Source: an uncultured Gammaproteobacteria bacterium (GTDB lineage: Bacteria; Patescibacteriota; Patescibacteriia; S139-126). Taken from it: 64,000 bases of DNA. The position numbers were made by a program, and so were the translations under genes. How positions within the stretch are numbered: the first letter of the stretch is position 1; every line of letters starts with the position of its first letter. The stretch spans positions 647,646-711,645 of the forward strand of contig CAZUKA010000001.1 in the NCBI GenBank assembly GCA_964620905.1. Direction: 5' to 3'. Under the pieces are notes generated by a model. It was not told the DNA's origin and did no database searches. It was given only the letters and a program-made list of their open reading frames with translations. Positions 48,256 through 58,500 of the stretch are shown piece by piece.

Positions 48256-48678
48256 ATGAATGCCAGCTACCAGTGTTTTCCTGTTGGTATAAACATATTT
48301 GTTAATATAAATAGTAAATTACTTTTGGGTAAAAGAAAAGATGTTTTTGGTGCAGGTAATTGGGGTTTACCAGGTGGTCATCTTGAAAAAGGAGAATCAA
48401 TTATTGAAGCCGCCGCTAGAGAATTAAGAGAGGAAACTGGATTACAGGCAAAAAGATTTGATTTTTCAAATCTTGTTAATGACCGAAGCGGGACACAACA
48501 CTATTTACAGATTGGATTGGAAGCTTTTGAGGTAGAGGGGGAACTAATTCTAAAAGAACCAAACAAGTGTTCTGAATGGGAGTGGTTTGATGTAAATAAA
48601 TTGCCTCAAAATTTATTTATACCTCATATTAAACAAATTCATAATTACTTAAAGAAAAATAAATTTTTTGATATTTAA
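48256..48678 (+). CDS. NUDIX hydrolase
   Basis: Nudix box GLPGGHLEKGESIIEAAARELREETGL. Confidence 0.8.
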   Translation: MNASYQCFPVGINIFVNINSKLLLGKRKDVFGAGNWGLPGGHLEKGESIIEAAARELREETGLQAKRFDFSNLVNDRSGTQHYLQIGLEAFEVEGELILKEPNKCSEWEWFDVNKLPQNLFIPHIKQIHNYLKKNKFFDI

Positions 48679-48764
48679 ATTACTTTGTTTGAGTTTAAAA
48701 ATAAAATAATTTATTTTATACACTTGCTAAATAATAAATAAAAGACTAAAATAAACACGATAAG

Positions 48765-48795
48765 ATCAGGGGTCCGCCCCTGATTTTGTCTTTTT
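48765..48795 (+). terminator. Rho-independent terminator
   Basis: atcaggggtccgcccctgat followed by tttgtcttttt. Confidence 0.6.
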
Positions 48796-48823
48796 AGTTA
48801 CTAAATTAAAATTAAATATTGTA

Positions 48824-48845
48824 TTTTGTTCCACGTGGAACAAAA
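48824..48845. promoter_or_regulatory. Perfect palindrome copy 3 (22 bp: TTTTGTTCCACGTGGAACAAAA)
   Basis: About 60 nt upstream of the CorC/CNNM gene. Confidence 0.5.
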
Positions 48846-48906
48846 TATTAAGTGTCGTAAAATATTAAACATTATTTTGTTTTTCATGATAAGATAAGAT
48901 AGTTCT

Positions 48907-49881
48907 ATGATTTATATTATTTTTATAATTTTGATTGTTTTATCTGGATTTTTTTCAGCAGCGGAAATTGCTTTGTTTTCCCTAACTGACGCCCAAGTTA
49001 GATTACTTTTGGAAAAAAAACAAAAACATTCACGTTTGATTGCCAAATTGAAAAAACGACCTCAAATTACTTTAATTACAATTTTAGTTGGGAATAATGT
49101 TGTTAATGTTTTTACAGCATCTTTAGCAACTTATATATCTTTGAAATTTTTTGGTAGTTTAGGAATTGGTATTGCTACTGGAATTGTCACCTTATTTATC
49201 TTGATTTTTGGTGAAATAGTACCCAAGTCATTTGGTCAAAAAAACAATATAAAAATTTCACAGATTTTATCGCCCTTACTTTATTTTTTTACGATTATTT
49301 TTTTTCCTTTAGCTTGGTTATTACGCGAGTTTAATTTTACAATTTTAAGAATTTTTAAGACCAAGGAAAATAAATTTTTGACCGAAGAAGAGATAAGATC
49401 GTTATCACGATTGGGGCTAGAAAGTGGTCATATTGATTTTCACGAGCACGAGTATATTGAAAAAATTTTTTCCTTGAATGATATCATTGTAAAAAATATC
49501 ATGACCCCCAAATATAAAATTGTTTTTCTCAATGGTGAAGTGCCAATTGATAGTATTGCTTATTTTGTGGCTCAAGCCGGTTATTCGCGTTTCCCGGTTT
49601 ATCTGGATAGTGAAAATAAAGTCATTGGTTATGTTCATGTTCATGATATTATGAAAATATTAAATAGCGATGATCGTGAACAACCGTTGGTAAAAATTGT
49701 TCGACCGATTCCTCATTTTTTTGAAAGTGAAACCTTGGAGGTTGTTTTGAAAAAAATGATAAAAAGAAGAGAGCATATTGCTTTGGTAAAAAGAAAATCC
49801 ACACTGGAAATTATAGGCTTGGTGTCTTTGGAAGACGTGTTGGAGCATTTGGTCGGGGAGATTGAGGATGAAGCTGACTAG
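48907..49881 (+). CDS. CNNM/CorC-family transporter (DUF21 TM domain plus CBS pair)
   Basis: Four N-terminal TM helices, then tandem CBS domains. Confidence 0.7.
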   Translation: MIYIIFIILIVLSGFFSAAEIALFSLTDAQVRLLLEKKQKHSRLIAKLKKRPQITLITILVGNNVVNVFTASLATYISLKFFGSLGIGIATGIVTLFILIFGEIVPKSFGQKNNIKISQILSPLLYFFTIIFFPLAWLLREFNFTILRIFKTKENKFLTEEEIRSLSRLGLESGHIDFHEHEYIEKIFSLNDIIVKNIMTPKYKIVFLNGEVPIDSIAYFVAQAGYSRFPVYLDSENKVIGYVHVHDIMKILNSDDREQPLVKIVRPIPHFFESETLEVVLKKMIKRREHIALVKRKSTLEIIGLVSLEDVLEHLVGEIEDEAD

Positions 49882-49927
49882 TTATACTTGACAAATTTAT
49901 TAATTACTATATACTAGTATATAGTAT

Positions 49928-50188
49928 ATGCAAAAAACCTGTGATAAAAACTATATTTGCCACAGCTTGCGTAGAATTTTAGGGCAGATGCAAGGTGTGG
50001 AAAAAATGATCAATGAAGATCGTGACGTAGCTGAAGTATTACAACAATTGGCGGCGGCTAGTTCTGGATTAAGGGCAGTGGCCAAGCTGGTATTGGTAAA
50101 TTATGCCAATGGTTGCTTTAATGCTGGTAAAAAATTTTCCCAGAAAGATTTGGAAAAATTAATAAATCAAATGTTTAAAAATTTATAA
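49928..50188 (+). CDS. CsoR/RcnR/FrmR-family metal-sensing transcriptional repressor
   Basis: 86 aa; conserved Cys..His..Cys positions (CHSLRR ... NGC). Confidence 0.6.
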   Translation: MQKTCDKNYICHSLRRILGQMQGVEKMINEDRDVAEVLQQLAAASSGLRAVAKLVLVNYANGCFNAGKKFSQKDLEKLINQMFKNL

Positions 50189-50201
50189 TTAAATAAAATT
50201 T

Positions 50202-50522
50202 ATGTCCGAAGTATTATTGACCGATCAAAATTTCGAGCAAGAAGTATTACAATCACCGCAAGCGGTCTTGGTTGATTTTTGGGCGCCGTGGTGTGGACCA
50301 TGTCGTATTGTCGGACCGATTGTTGAACAAATTGCCCAGGAGTATAGTGGTAAAGCAAAAGTCGGCAAACTGAATGTAGATGAAAATCCACTAACCGCAC
50401 AAAAGTACGGGATTATGAGCATTCCGTCTTTACTAATTTTTAAAAATGGTCAAGTGGTTGATCAAATGATTGGCGCTCATCCCAAAGAGACAATTGCTGG
50501 TAAATTGGATCAGGCAATTTAA
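50202..50522 (+). CDS. trxA: Thioredoxin
   Basis: WAPWCGPCR active site. Confidence 0.9.
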   Translation: MSEVLLTDQNFEQEVLQSPQAVLVDFWAPWCGPCRIVGPIVEQIAQEYSGKAKVGKLNVDENPLTAQKYGIMSIPSLLIFKNGQVVDQMIGAHPKETIAGKLDQAI

Positions 50523-50531
50523 ATAAATTTA

Positions 50532-51521
50532 TTGGAAAAAAATATGGAAAACAATTCTCAAATGCCAGAATATTTTGATGTAGTTATTATTGGCGCGGGA
50601 GCGGCTGGTTTGACGGCGGCTATTTATACTTCACGTCGGGCCTTGAAGACTTTGATAATTTCCAAAGACGTTGGAGGTCAAGCGGCTTTGACTACCGAAA
50701 TTGAAAATTATCCCGGAGTCGGTTTGGTTGATGGTTTTGATTTGATGAACCGTTTTTTAAATGATGCCAAAAAATTTGGTGCCGTTGTTAAATCAGAAGA
50801 AGCTAGAAAGATTGAAACAAACAATGATGATTTTTTAGTCACCACCACCAGCCAAGTTTATAAGGCCGCCTCTGTTATTTTGGCTTTTGGTTTAACGCCG
50901 CGTGATTTGGGTGTACCAGGTGAAGAGGAACTAAAAGGTAAGGGTGTTTCTTATTGTGCTACTTGTGATGGACCGTTGTTTAAACAAAAAACCGTGGCGG
51001 TAATTGGCGGCGGTAACAGTGCACTTGATGCGGCTGAATATATTTCTCGTTTGGCTAGTAAGGTTTATTTAATTCATCGTCGCGATCAGTTTAGGGGTGA
51101 TGAAATATTAGTCAGTCGTGTACAGCGGATAGACAATATTGAAATAATGTTGAACACTAATATAGCCGCCATCAAGGGTAGCAATAAGGTGGAATCGATT
51201 GATTTGATTGATGTTAACAATCAGCCGTTACAAAATTTAACTGTGGATGGAGTCTTTGTGGAAATTGGACACGTAGCAAAAACTGCTTGGGTAGACGACT
51301 TGGTAGAGTATGACGATCATAAGCAGATTAGAGTAAACAAGAATTGTGAAACAAAAACTCCCGGCTTGTTTGCTGCCGGTGATGTAACTGACATTGCTTA
51401 TAAGCAGATAATTATTTCTGGTGGTGAAGGTGCCAAAGCCGCTTTGCAGGCTTATAAATATTTACAAGCAACCAAAGGTATTAAAGGAACAAATATTGAC
51501 TGGGGGGTAGCTAAAAAATAA
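50532..51521 (+). CDS. trxB: Thioredoxin-disulfide reductase
   Basis: FAD site GAGAAGLTAA, redox CATCDG, NADPH site GGGNSA. Confidence 0.9.
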   Translation: MEKNMENNSQMPEYFDVVIIGAGAAGLTAAIYTSRRALKTLIISKDVGGQAALTTEIENYPGVGLVDGFDLMNRFLNDAKKFGAVVKSEEARKIETNNDDFLVTTTSQVYKAASVILAFGLTPRDLGVPGEEELKGKGVSYCATCDGPLFKQKTVAVIGGGNSALDAAEYISRLASKVYLIHRRDQFRGDEILVSRVQRIDNIEIMLNTNIAAIKGSNKVESIDLIDVNNQPLQNLTVDGVFVEIGHVAKTAWVDDLVEYDDHKQIRVNKNCETKTPGLFAAGDVTDIAYKQIIISGGEGAKAALQAYKYLQATKGIKGTNIDWGVAKK

Positions 51522-51531
51522 CTAGAAAAAA

Positions 51532-52797
51532 ATGGCCAATTTATTTAAAAATGCATTACAACAACTAGAAAATATTGAAGATTATTTAACCATATCTCAA
51601 AGCGTGAAGGAACAATTAAAACAGCCACAGCGCATTTTGGAAGCAGCTATTCCAGTTTTACTGGACAATGGTGAGATCAAAGTGTTTACTGGGTTTAGGG
51701 TACAATATAACAACGCTCGCGGTCCATTTAAGGGCGGTATAAGGTTTCATCCCCAGACAGATTTAAATGAAGTAAAGGCTTTGTCTTTTTGGATGTCTAT
51801 TAAAACAGCTGTAGTTAATATTCCATTGGGTGGAGCTAAAGGTGGGGTGATAGTTGATCCAAAAAAACTTTCTCGCGCTGAACTAGAAAGACTGTCACGC
51901 GGTTATTTGCGTGCCTTTCATGATTTTATTGGTCCAGAAATTGACATTCCAGCTCCAGATGTAAATACCAATCCACAGATTATGGCCTGGTTAGCTGACG
52001 AGTATGAGCAGTTGCACGGACCTGGTAAATTGGGAGTGGTAACTGGCAAACCATTGGAATTAGGAGGTTCTTTGGGAAGAACCGAAGCTACCGGAGAAGG
52101 TGGATCATACATTTTGGAGGCCTTAGCTAACAAAATAAAATTGATTCCTAAACAAACGACCGTAGCTATACAGGGTTTTGGGAACGTTGGTTATTATCTA
52201 GCAAAATTTTTACATCAAGCAGGCTATCGAGTAGTAGCTGTGTCTGATTCGCAAGGTGGAATATTTGATAAAAAAATGAAAGGCATGGATCCTGATCATT
52301 TACAAAAGCAAAAAATGGAAAAAGGTTTTTTTGATGGCTGTTATTGTGTGGGTAGCGTTTGTGATTGTGATCATTATTCCTCTATTGATCGACAAAAAAT
52401 ATTGGAATTACCAGTTGATATAGTAGTACCGGCGGCATTGGAAAATGCTATTAATGAAAAAAATGTAAGTCGGATAAAAGCCAAAATTATTTTAGAAATG
52501 GCCAATGGTGGTATAGTCCCAGTAGCTGAGAAAAAGTTATTGAAAAAGAAAAAAATAATAATCCCAGACGTGCTCGCTAATGCCGGCGGGGTAGCCGTGT
52601 CTTATTTTGAGTGGCTACAAAACAAACAAAACTATTATTGGTCAGAACAAGAGGTTAAGGGAAAATTAGCTAAATTGATGAAAGAAGCTTTTTTAGCGGT
52701 TTGGCAAATTCACGATCAAAAAAGAATTGATTTTAGACAAGCTGCTTTTGTTTTGGCAGTACAAAGAATTGTTGACAGTATGAAAATCAGGAAATGA
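51532..52797 (+). CDS. gdhA: Glutamate (Glu/Leu/Phe/Val-family) dehydrogenase
   Basis: GGAKGGV and KGGIRFHP motifs. Confidence 0.8.
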   Translation: MANLFKNALQQLENIEDYLTISQSVKEQLKQPQRILEAAIPVLLDNGEIKVFTGFRVQYNNARGPFKGGIRFHPQTDLNEVKALSFWMSIKTAVVNIPLGGAKGGVIVDPKKLSRAELERLSRGYLRAFHDFIGPEIDIPAPDVNTNPQIMAWLADEYEQLHGPGKLGVVTGKPLELGGSLGRTEATGEGGSYILEALANKIKLIPKQTTVAIQGFGNVGYYLAKFLHQAGYRVVAVSDSQGGIFDKKMKGMDPDHLQKQKMEKGFFDGCYCVGSVCDCDHYSSIDRQKILELPVDIVVPAALENAINEKNVSRIKAKIILEMANGGIVPVAEKKLLKKKKIIIPDVLANAGGVAVSYFEWLQNKQNYYWSEQEVKGKLAKLMKEAFLAVWQIHDQKRIDFRQAAFVLAVQRIVDSMKIRK

Positions 52798-52817
52798 TTA
52801 ATCAAAAAAATGAAAAT

Positions 52818-52841
52818 CCGCCCCGATCGGGCGGTTTTTTT
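52818..52841 (+). terminator. Rho-independent terminator of gdh
   Basis: ccgccccgatcgggcgg followed by ttttttt. Confidence 0.7.
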
Positions 52842-53359
52842 AAAAACAAAAAACAGGGCTAGAGTGCATTTTTATTCCCCATGCTTGTTGCCCTGCTTTT
52901 TGTTCAAACTCTTATGACTACTTGCTCTGGCTCATGCCAAACCAAAGACATTTAGCCACAAGGGCTTGTTATTTTTTTATATTTGATGACGAACGTTGCC
53001 AATACCAAGGCATTTGTTGATAAGAACCTTTTTGTTTCCAGGAAAAATATTGATTCATAGGCCCAGTAGTTTTAGTTTTTTTCATTTGCAGGCGAAAGGA
53101 CCTAAGGTGTTGTTTTATTTGTCGTCGCCAGACAAACAGCAATTTAAAGTGTTTTTTAAATCTCATAAAAAAATATATTTCTCCACCTTTACTTTAAAAA
53201 GAGAAGAAACAAAGGTCAATAGAATTTTTTTATTTAATTTTAGCTAAAAAAACGTAAAGTCCAGTTATTTTCAGCTTGTACACCATTATCTTTATTTTTT
53301 GCATAAGTTATTATTAATTTATTGAGAGGTTATGAACAATTTATTGACAAAACTAATGT

Positions 53360-53977
53360 ATGAATTTAAGTTATGAAAAAAAATTAAAACCAAAAGGTTA
53401 TTTTAGAATTGCTGGTTTAGACGAAGCGGGACGGGGGTCTTTGGCTGGACCGTTGGTGGCTGGTTGCGTTATGGTTGATAATAGGTTTAGTTTTCGATCA
53501 AAAAAACTTTCTGATATATCTATGGTTGATGATTCAAAAAAACTTTCCCCTGCCATCAGACAAAAATTATTTAGTTTGATAAGCAAAAATTTTGTTTGGT
53601 CAGTTGGTATAGTAACAGTTGTAGAAATAAACCGTCTAGGTATCAATCAGGCCAATCGTTTGGCTATGTTTAGAGCTTATTGCCGTCTTAAGAGAAAAGC
53701 GGATTTTGTTTTGATTGATTTTCTGCCAAATTTGAATTTACCAGTGCCTCATAAAAGCTACCCGCAAGCTGATGGCAGGTTTTTCGTAGTGGCGGCTGCT
53801 TCGATTGTGGCTAAAGTCTATCGTGATCAACTGATGATCAGGTTAGAAAAAGAAAACAGTTCATGGCATTTTAGTCAACATAAAGGTTATGGCACCAAAC
53901 TACATCAACAAGAAATAAAAAAATATGGTTTGTCTGCTCAGCACCGGTTAAGCTTTTGTAAAAATATATTGCTATGA
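53360..53977 (+). CDS. rnhB: Ribonuclease HII
   Basis: IAGLDEAGRGSLAGPLVAGCV. Confidence 0.85.
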   Translation: MNLSYEKKLKPKGYFRIAGLDEAGRGSLAGPLVAGCVMVDNRFSFRSKKLSDISMVDDSKKLSPAIRQKLFSLISKNFVWSVGIVTVVEINRLGINQANRLAMFRAYCRLKRKADFVLIDFLPNLNLPVPHKSYPQADGRFFVVAAASIVAKVYRDQLMIRLEKENSSWHFSQHKGYGTKLHQQEIKKYGLSAQHRLSFCKNILL

Positions 53978-54021
53978 ATATTTTCTTTTTTTTGTTAAAA
54001 TGAAGTTACTAAACATCATTT

Positions 54022-54576
54022 ATGAATACCGTTGCCACTGGTAAAAAATTATTAAATCCCCAGGAAATTTTACACCAAGCTGGTTTAGAAGCTGGGATGA
54101 AAGTTGCCGATTTGGGGTGTGGTAATGGTTATTTTTCTTTGACCGCGGCACAAATTGTGGGAGGGCACGGGCAAGTTTATGCGGTGGATATTATGAAATC
54201 TTGTCTGGAGACAGTTAAACGAGAGGCTGAGCGTCATCATTTGTTAAATATAAAAAACGTATGGTCAAATATAGAAATTTTTGGTGCCACCAAGGTACCC
54301 GCTGAACTGATTGATTATGTTTTAGTGGTTCATGCTCTCTATCAATCACAACAAAGACACAACTTTTTAAAAGAAGCTGTTCGTTTACTGAAAGTTGGTG
54401 GGAAATTGTTGATTATTGATTGGAAAAAAAACAATTCTCCTCTGGGACCACCATTAGAACAGAGGGTGAGCATAGAAGAGATAAAATCGCTTTTGACAGT
54501 TGTTGGTTCAATGAAATTAATCAGTCAATTTGATCCCGGACAGTTTCATTACGGTTTAATATATGAAAAAGCGTAA
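54022..54576 (+). CDS. Class I SAM-dependent methyltransferase
   Basis: VADLGCGNGYFSL motif I and the LLIIDW motif. Confidence 0.7.
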   Translation: MNTVATGKKLLNPQEILHQAGLEAGMKVADLGCGNGYFSLTAAQIVGGHGQVYAVDIMKSCLETVKREAERHHLLNIKNVWSNIEIFGATKVPAELIDYVLVVHALYQSQQRHNFLKEAVRLLKVGGKLLIIDWKKNNSPLGPPLEQRVSIEEIKSLLTVVGSMKLISQFDPGQFHYGLIYEKA

Positions 54577-54586
54577 CTAATAAATT

Positions 54587-54988
54587 ATGAGTCAATATTT
54601 TAGTTTTGGTTATTGGTTTGATCTTTATCCTAATTCTTGGCAACAGGCAGGAAAGATTTTTATTTATTTAAATTTGTTTTTTTTGGTGGTTGGTCTGTTG
54701 ATAAAAATTTATTTCCTAATTAAAAGCATTAAAGGCGTTTGGCGCAAAACCGGACAGAAACTAAGTACATTATTTATTACTCTTTCAATTATAGGGATTG
54801 GCTATTGGTTTATGAGAGAACAACTGGTACCGTTTTTTTCTTCGCGCTTTTGGTTGCTGTTGTTGATCATTACTCTAAGCTTATGGCTTAGTTTAATTGT
54901 TAGATATTTTTTTAAGAAGTTACGTGAAGAAAAACAAAATTTGGAGCGCGCAGCCATTTATGGTAAATACTTACCCGGTCAAAAATGA
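54587..54988 (+). CDS. Integral membrane protein (133 aa), hypothetical
   Basis: Three or four TM helices. Confidence 0.4.
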   Translation: MSQYFSFGYWFDLYPNSWQQAGKIFIYLNLFFLVVGLLIKIYFLIKSIKGVWRKTGQKLSTLFITLSIIGIGYWFMREQLVPFFSSRFWLLLLIITLSLWLSLIVRYFFKKLREEKQNLERAAIYGKYLPGQK

Positions 54989-55431
54989 TTAGTAACCAAT
55001 CCAATGATCATCAGCCCAGTTTTCACTTGGCTGATTTTTTGTCACCGGCCGATTTTGCTCAATTGAATTATCGTCAACAATTAGGTCTTTACGGTCAACA
55101 GGCTGCTAAGTTTTATCTCATGCAAAAAGGTTTTGAAATAATAGCGGAAAATTTTTATACCAGACAAGGGGAGATTGATTTAGTAGCCAGAAAAGATGGC
55201 AGGATAAGAATAGTTGAAGTCAAGACCAGAACCAACCGCAATTATGGTGAACCTTATGAAGCAGTACATAAATATAAATTTCAAGCACTAAATTTAAGTG
55301 CCGAGGTATTTATGCAAAGTAAGGGTTGGCTCTCGCAAATACCATATCAGATCGATATTTGTAGTATTTGGTTGGACAAAAAGGAACAAAAAGTAAAAAT
55401 TGTTTATTTAGAAAATGTTAGTTTGGAATAG
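54985..55431 (+). CDS. yraN: YraN-family (UPF0102) endonuclease
   Basis: GEIDLVARKDGRIRIVEVKTR; occurs near rnhB as in many genomes. Confidence 0.7.
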   Translation: MISNQSNDHQPSFHLADFLSPADFAQLNYRQQLGLYGQQAAKFYLMQKGFEIIAENFYTRQGEIDLVARKDGRIRIVEVKTRTNRNYGEPYEAVHKYKFQALNLSAEVFMQSKGWLSQIPYQIDICSIWLDKKEQKVKIVYLENVSLE

Positions 55432-55516
55432 AACTCACAGTTTTTCAACATTTTTTCTACTTGCCGTAGTATTTTAAAAAAATTACAATTCATAAATAAT
55501 TGTTAATTTTTCTCAA

Positions 55517-56539
55517 TTGTTTATGAAAAGAAATTATTTAATAATTTTCTTACCATTGTGGTTAGTTGGTCTGTTTTTTGTCGGCCATGAAGTTTTGGCC
55601 AAGGTGCCGACACCACAAATTTATAATGTTGTGCATTCAACTGACAATTCTTATCGTCCTTGGGTAATCGGTTGGACACCCAATGAAGTAGAGGTAGAGA
55701 TCCTGCTGGATGATGTTTCGCAGGGATTGGCGAAAGTAGTAAAAGACAAATCAGGAACCGCCAGTTTTGGTTGGTCACCTCAGTACGACTTACCTTTGGG
55801 TTGGCACGAATTTAGAGTGAGAGGTAAATACAATAACCAATATTCAGAACCCGGTGGAATTATTGGTTATCAAGTTAGTCCGCCAACACCAGCACCGACT
55901 TTATTTGAACCAGAAGATATGTCAGATTATATTTTAATTAAAGGACTGATTAAAAACGATTCCGTAGTGCAGATATATATTGATGATTTATTGGCAGCTG
56001 ATTTTTCTGTACCAAACCATCCTTCAGGCACCACTAATTTTTGGTTTAAAGCTCGGGGACTTTTAAATGGTGTTCATGAGGTCTATGCGGTGGCCATTGA
56101 TAATACAGGTAAACCAAGTAAAAAAAGTAAATTAATAAGTTTTAAAACCGAACAACAGAAAATAACTAGTGGTGAAAGTAGTGCAGAAATTACCTCACAA
56201 GTAAAAACAGATGATACAACAAGTACTGGAAGGGTGATTGATGAACCTTTACCAGGTAGTGTCAAAGTTAATGATTTTGAAACTGAGGGTGAGGTAAAAA
56301 TTGAAAATTTGCCTAGTGAGACGGAACGGATTATTAACATTGGTGAAAGTGCTACGACAGGAGAAATATCTAGTGTAAGTGAAGATTTAAGTGAAGATCT
56401 AATAACAACTACTAGTCAGGCAACAGAGCGGGAGACAGAGAATCGTTGGCGAGGGTTGGTATTGTTGGGTATAGTAACGATTATCTTGTATGCTTGGTAT
56501 TTTTACGAAATTAAAAAAGCCAAGCAGAAAAAAGAATAA
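55517..56539 (+). CDS. Surface protein: signal peptide, Ig-like beta domains, PTPAPT linker, C-terminal TM anchor
   Basis: N-terminal hydrophobic leader and a C-terminal WRGLVLLGIVTIILYAWYF anchor. Confidence 0.5.
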   Translation: MFMKRNYLIIFLPLWLVGLFFVGHEVLAKVPTPQIYNVVHSTDNSYRPWVIGWTPNEVEVEILLDDVSQGLAKVVKDKSGTASFGWSPQYDLPLGWHEFRVRGKYNNQYSEPGGIIGYQVSPPTPAPTLFEPEDMSDYILIKGLIKNDSVVQIYIDDLLAADFSVPNHPSGTTNFWFKARGLLNGVHEVYAVAIDNTGKPSKKSKLISFKTEQQKITSGESSAEITSQVKTDDTTSTGRVIDEPLPGSVKVNDFETEGEVKIENLPSETERIINIGESATTGEISSVSEDLSEDLITTTSQATERETENRWRGLVLLGIVTIILYAWYFYEIKKAKQKKE

Positions 56540-56549
56540 GATCAAAAAG

Positions 56550-56572
56550 CCCGCTGAACCAGCGGGTTTTTT
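56550..56572 (+). terminator. Rho-independent terminator
   Basis: cccgctgaaccagcggg followed by ttttttg. Confidence 0.7.
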
Positions 56573-56632
56573 GACAAAGTAGCTATTTTTTTGCTATCTT
56601 AATGAATAGTTTTAATAAATAAATTATTTTTT

Positions 56633-56839
56633 ATGAGTGTTCCTGCTAAAAGATTGTCGCGCAGTAAAGGGCGTCGCCGGCGATCACAACAAAGAAAAAA
56701 AACATTGATTTTTGGCAAGTGTAGTCAGTGTGGTCAGCCAATCCTGCCACACCGGGTTTGTGGTAATTGTGGTTATTATAAAGGAAAAGAAGTTACCAAA
56801 ATCAGTCTTTCTAAGTCTAAGACCAAAGCCAAGACCTAA
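56633..56839 (+). CDS. rpmF: 50S ribosomal protein L32
   Basis: MSVPAKRLSRSKGRRRRSQQ...CSQCGQ...CGNCGYY zinc ribbon. Confidence 0.85.
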   Translation: MSVPAKRLSRSKGRRRRSQQRKKTLIFGKCSQCGQPILPHRVCGNCGYYKGKEVTKISLSKSKTKAKT

Positions 56840-56850
56840 GTATAATATTT

Positions 56851-57729
56851 ATGTCCAATCGTCATTTAGCTCGTACCATAGCACTACAAACATTATTTGA
56901 ATGGGATTTTCATGGTATGCCCCAGGAGGGATTGGATAAAATACTAGAATATAATTTTCGTGAATTCGCCCCTGATTTTGATGATCAAGGGTTTGCAGAA
57001 AATTTGTTGCGAGGTACAATTGAACATCTCAAGGAAATTGATGATTTGATTGTGCGTTATGCACCCGAATGGCCACTTGATCAAATTACTGGTATCGATC
57101 GGAACGTATTACGGTTGGGTATTTATGAGTTAAAATTTTCTCCTCAAATTCCACCTAAGGTAGCTATCAACGAGTCGATAGAACTGGCAAAAAGTTTTGG
57201 CAGTGATTCCTCTGGTAAATTCATCAACGGTGTATTGGGCTCAATCTATAAAGCCATGCAAGAAAAAGGGGAAAAACAAGGTATGGATCAGCCGGTATTA
57301 GGCGAAAGACAATATTCTGCCGGTGGAGTGGTTTGGCATCGTTTTATTGATGGTGAAGTTAAAATAGCCTTGATTTTGGACGGTCATGGACGTTGGACTT
57401 TTTCTAAAGGAAGAATCAAAACTGACGAAAATCCCGAAGCTGCAGTTAAACGCGAGATTGGTGAGGAACTAGGGTTAAAACAGTTGGTAGTAGGAGAGAA
57501 AATAGGTGAGTTGGAATTGGTAGTGCGGGAGCCAAATATTCAACCTTATCCTAAGACAGTTTATATGTATATTATTGAAGCAAAAGACAAGGATCTTAGA
57601 CCTGCCCAAAACGTGGGTGAAATGAAAGACGCTCAGTGGTATGACTTAAAAGAAGTGGAAGGAGTATTGGGTTATGATCAGGCCAAAGAATTATGGCAAC
57701 AAGCAAAAAAAATTTTAATTAACCAATGA
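56851..57729 (+). CDS. nusB: NusB antitermination factor fused to a C-terminal NUDIX hydrolase domain
   Basis: Residues 1-~140 are NusB (ends FINGVLGSIYK); residues ~150-292 carry a Nudix box GRIKTDENPEAAVKREIGEELGL. Confidence 0.7.
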   Translation: MSNRHLARTIALQTLFEWDFHGMPQEGLDKILEYNFREFAPDFDDQGFAENLLRGTIEHLKEIDDLIVRYAPEWPLDQITGIDRNVLRLGIYELKFSPQIPPKVAINESIELAKSFGSDSSGKFINGVLGSIYKAMQEKGEKQGMDQPVLGERQYSAGGVVWHRFIDGEVKIALILDGHGRWTFSKGRIKTDENPEAAVKREIGEELGLKQLVVGEKIGELELVVREPNIQPYPKTVYMYIIEAKDKDLRPAQNVGEMKDAQWYDLKEVEGVLGYDQAKELWQQAKKILINQ

Positions 57730-57807
57730 CCTTTTGCTTGGTAAATGCGTCTGACTTTTGTGGTTTAGACATATTTACCAATCAATCTGGTCTCAATTAT
57801 AGGCAAT

Positions 57808-58497
57808 ATGCGCGAACTTGATTCGCTGGAAAAAAATTTAAATACCAAATTTATCAATCAAGAATTGTTGCAGCAAGCTGTAGTGCACCGTTCTTATTTA
57901 AATGAACACCCAAAATTTCATTTGCCGCACAATGAACGCTTAGAATTTTTGGGAGATGCGGTTTTAGAATTGGTAGTGACTGATTATTTGTATCACAATT
58001 TTGAAAATCCAGAAGGCGAACTGACAAATTGGCGTGCCAGTTTAGTAAATGCTACACGCTGTGCGGAAGTGGCAAGAGAGTTGCAATTGGAGGATTATTT
58101 ATATTTATCAAAAGGCGAGGCCAAAGATAAAAGTAGCAAAGCTAGAAATTTTATTTTAGCCAATGCCCTGGAAGCTATCATCGGCGCGATTTATTTGGAT
58201 CGTGGTTATGAAGCAGCCGCCAAATTTGTGACTCAACATATTATCAGCCGGTTGGACTATATTTTAGCCAACGATTTATATATTGATCCCAAGACTCGTT
58301 TTCAAGAAATGATTCAGGAAAAAATTGGTGTGACGCCACAGTATAAAGTCCTGCGGGAAGAAGGACCGGATCACAATAAATTATTTGAGGTCGGTGTTTA
58401 TGTTGACGGTGAGCTTAGGGCTACTGGCCGTGGCCACAGTAAACAGGAGGCGCAAGTAGCAGCGGCTCAGCTGGCCTTAGTAAAAGAAAGCGAATAA
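57808..58497 (+). CDS. rnc: Ribonuclease III
   Basis: ERLEFLGDAVLELVVTDYLY catalytic signature and a C-terminal dsRBD. Confidence 0.9.
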   Translation: MRELDSLEKNLNTKFINQELLQQAVVHRSYLNEHPKFHLPHNERLEFLGDAVLELVVTDYLYHNFENPEGELTNWRASLVNATRCAEVARELQLEDYLYLSKGEAKDKSSKARNFILANALEAIIGAIYLDRGYEAAAKFVTQHIISRLDYILANDLYIDPKTRFQEMIQEKIGVTPQYKVLREEGPDHNKLFEVGVYVDGELRATGRGHSKQEAQVAAAQLALVKESE

Positions 58498-58500
58498 TTT

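Noticed and set aside
52969-53247. Two mutually overlapping small ORFs in the gdh-rnhB gap
   Set aside because: Opposite-strand overlap, extreme Lys/Phe low complexity, and no start context. Treated as non-coding.
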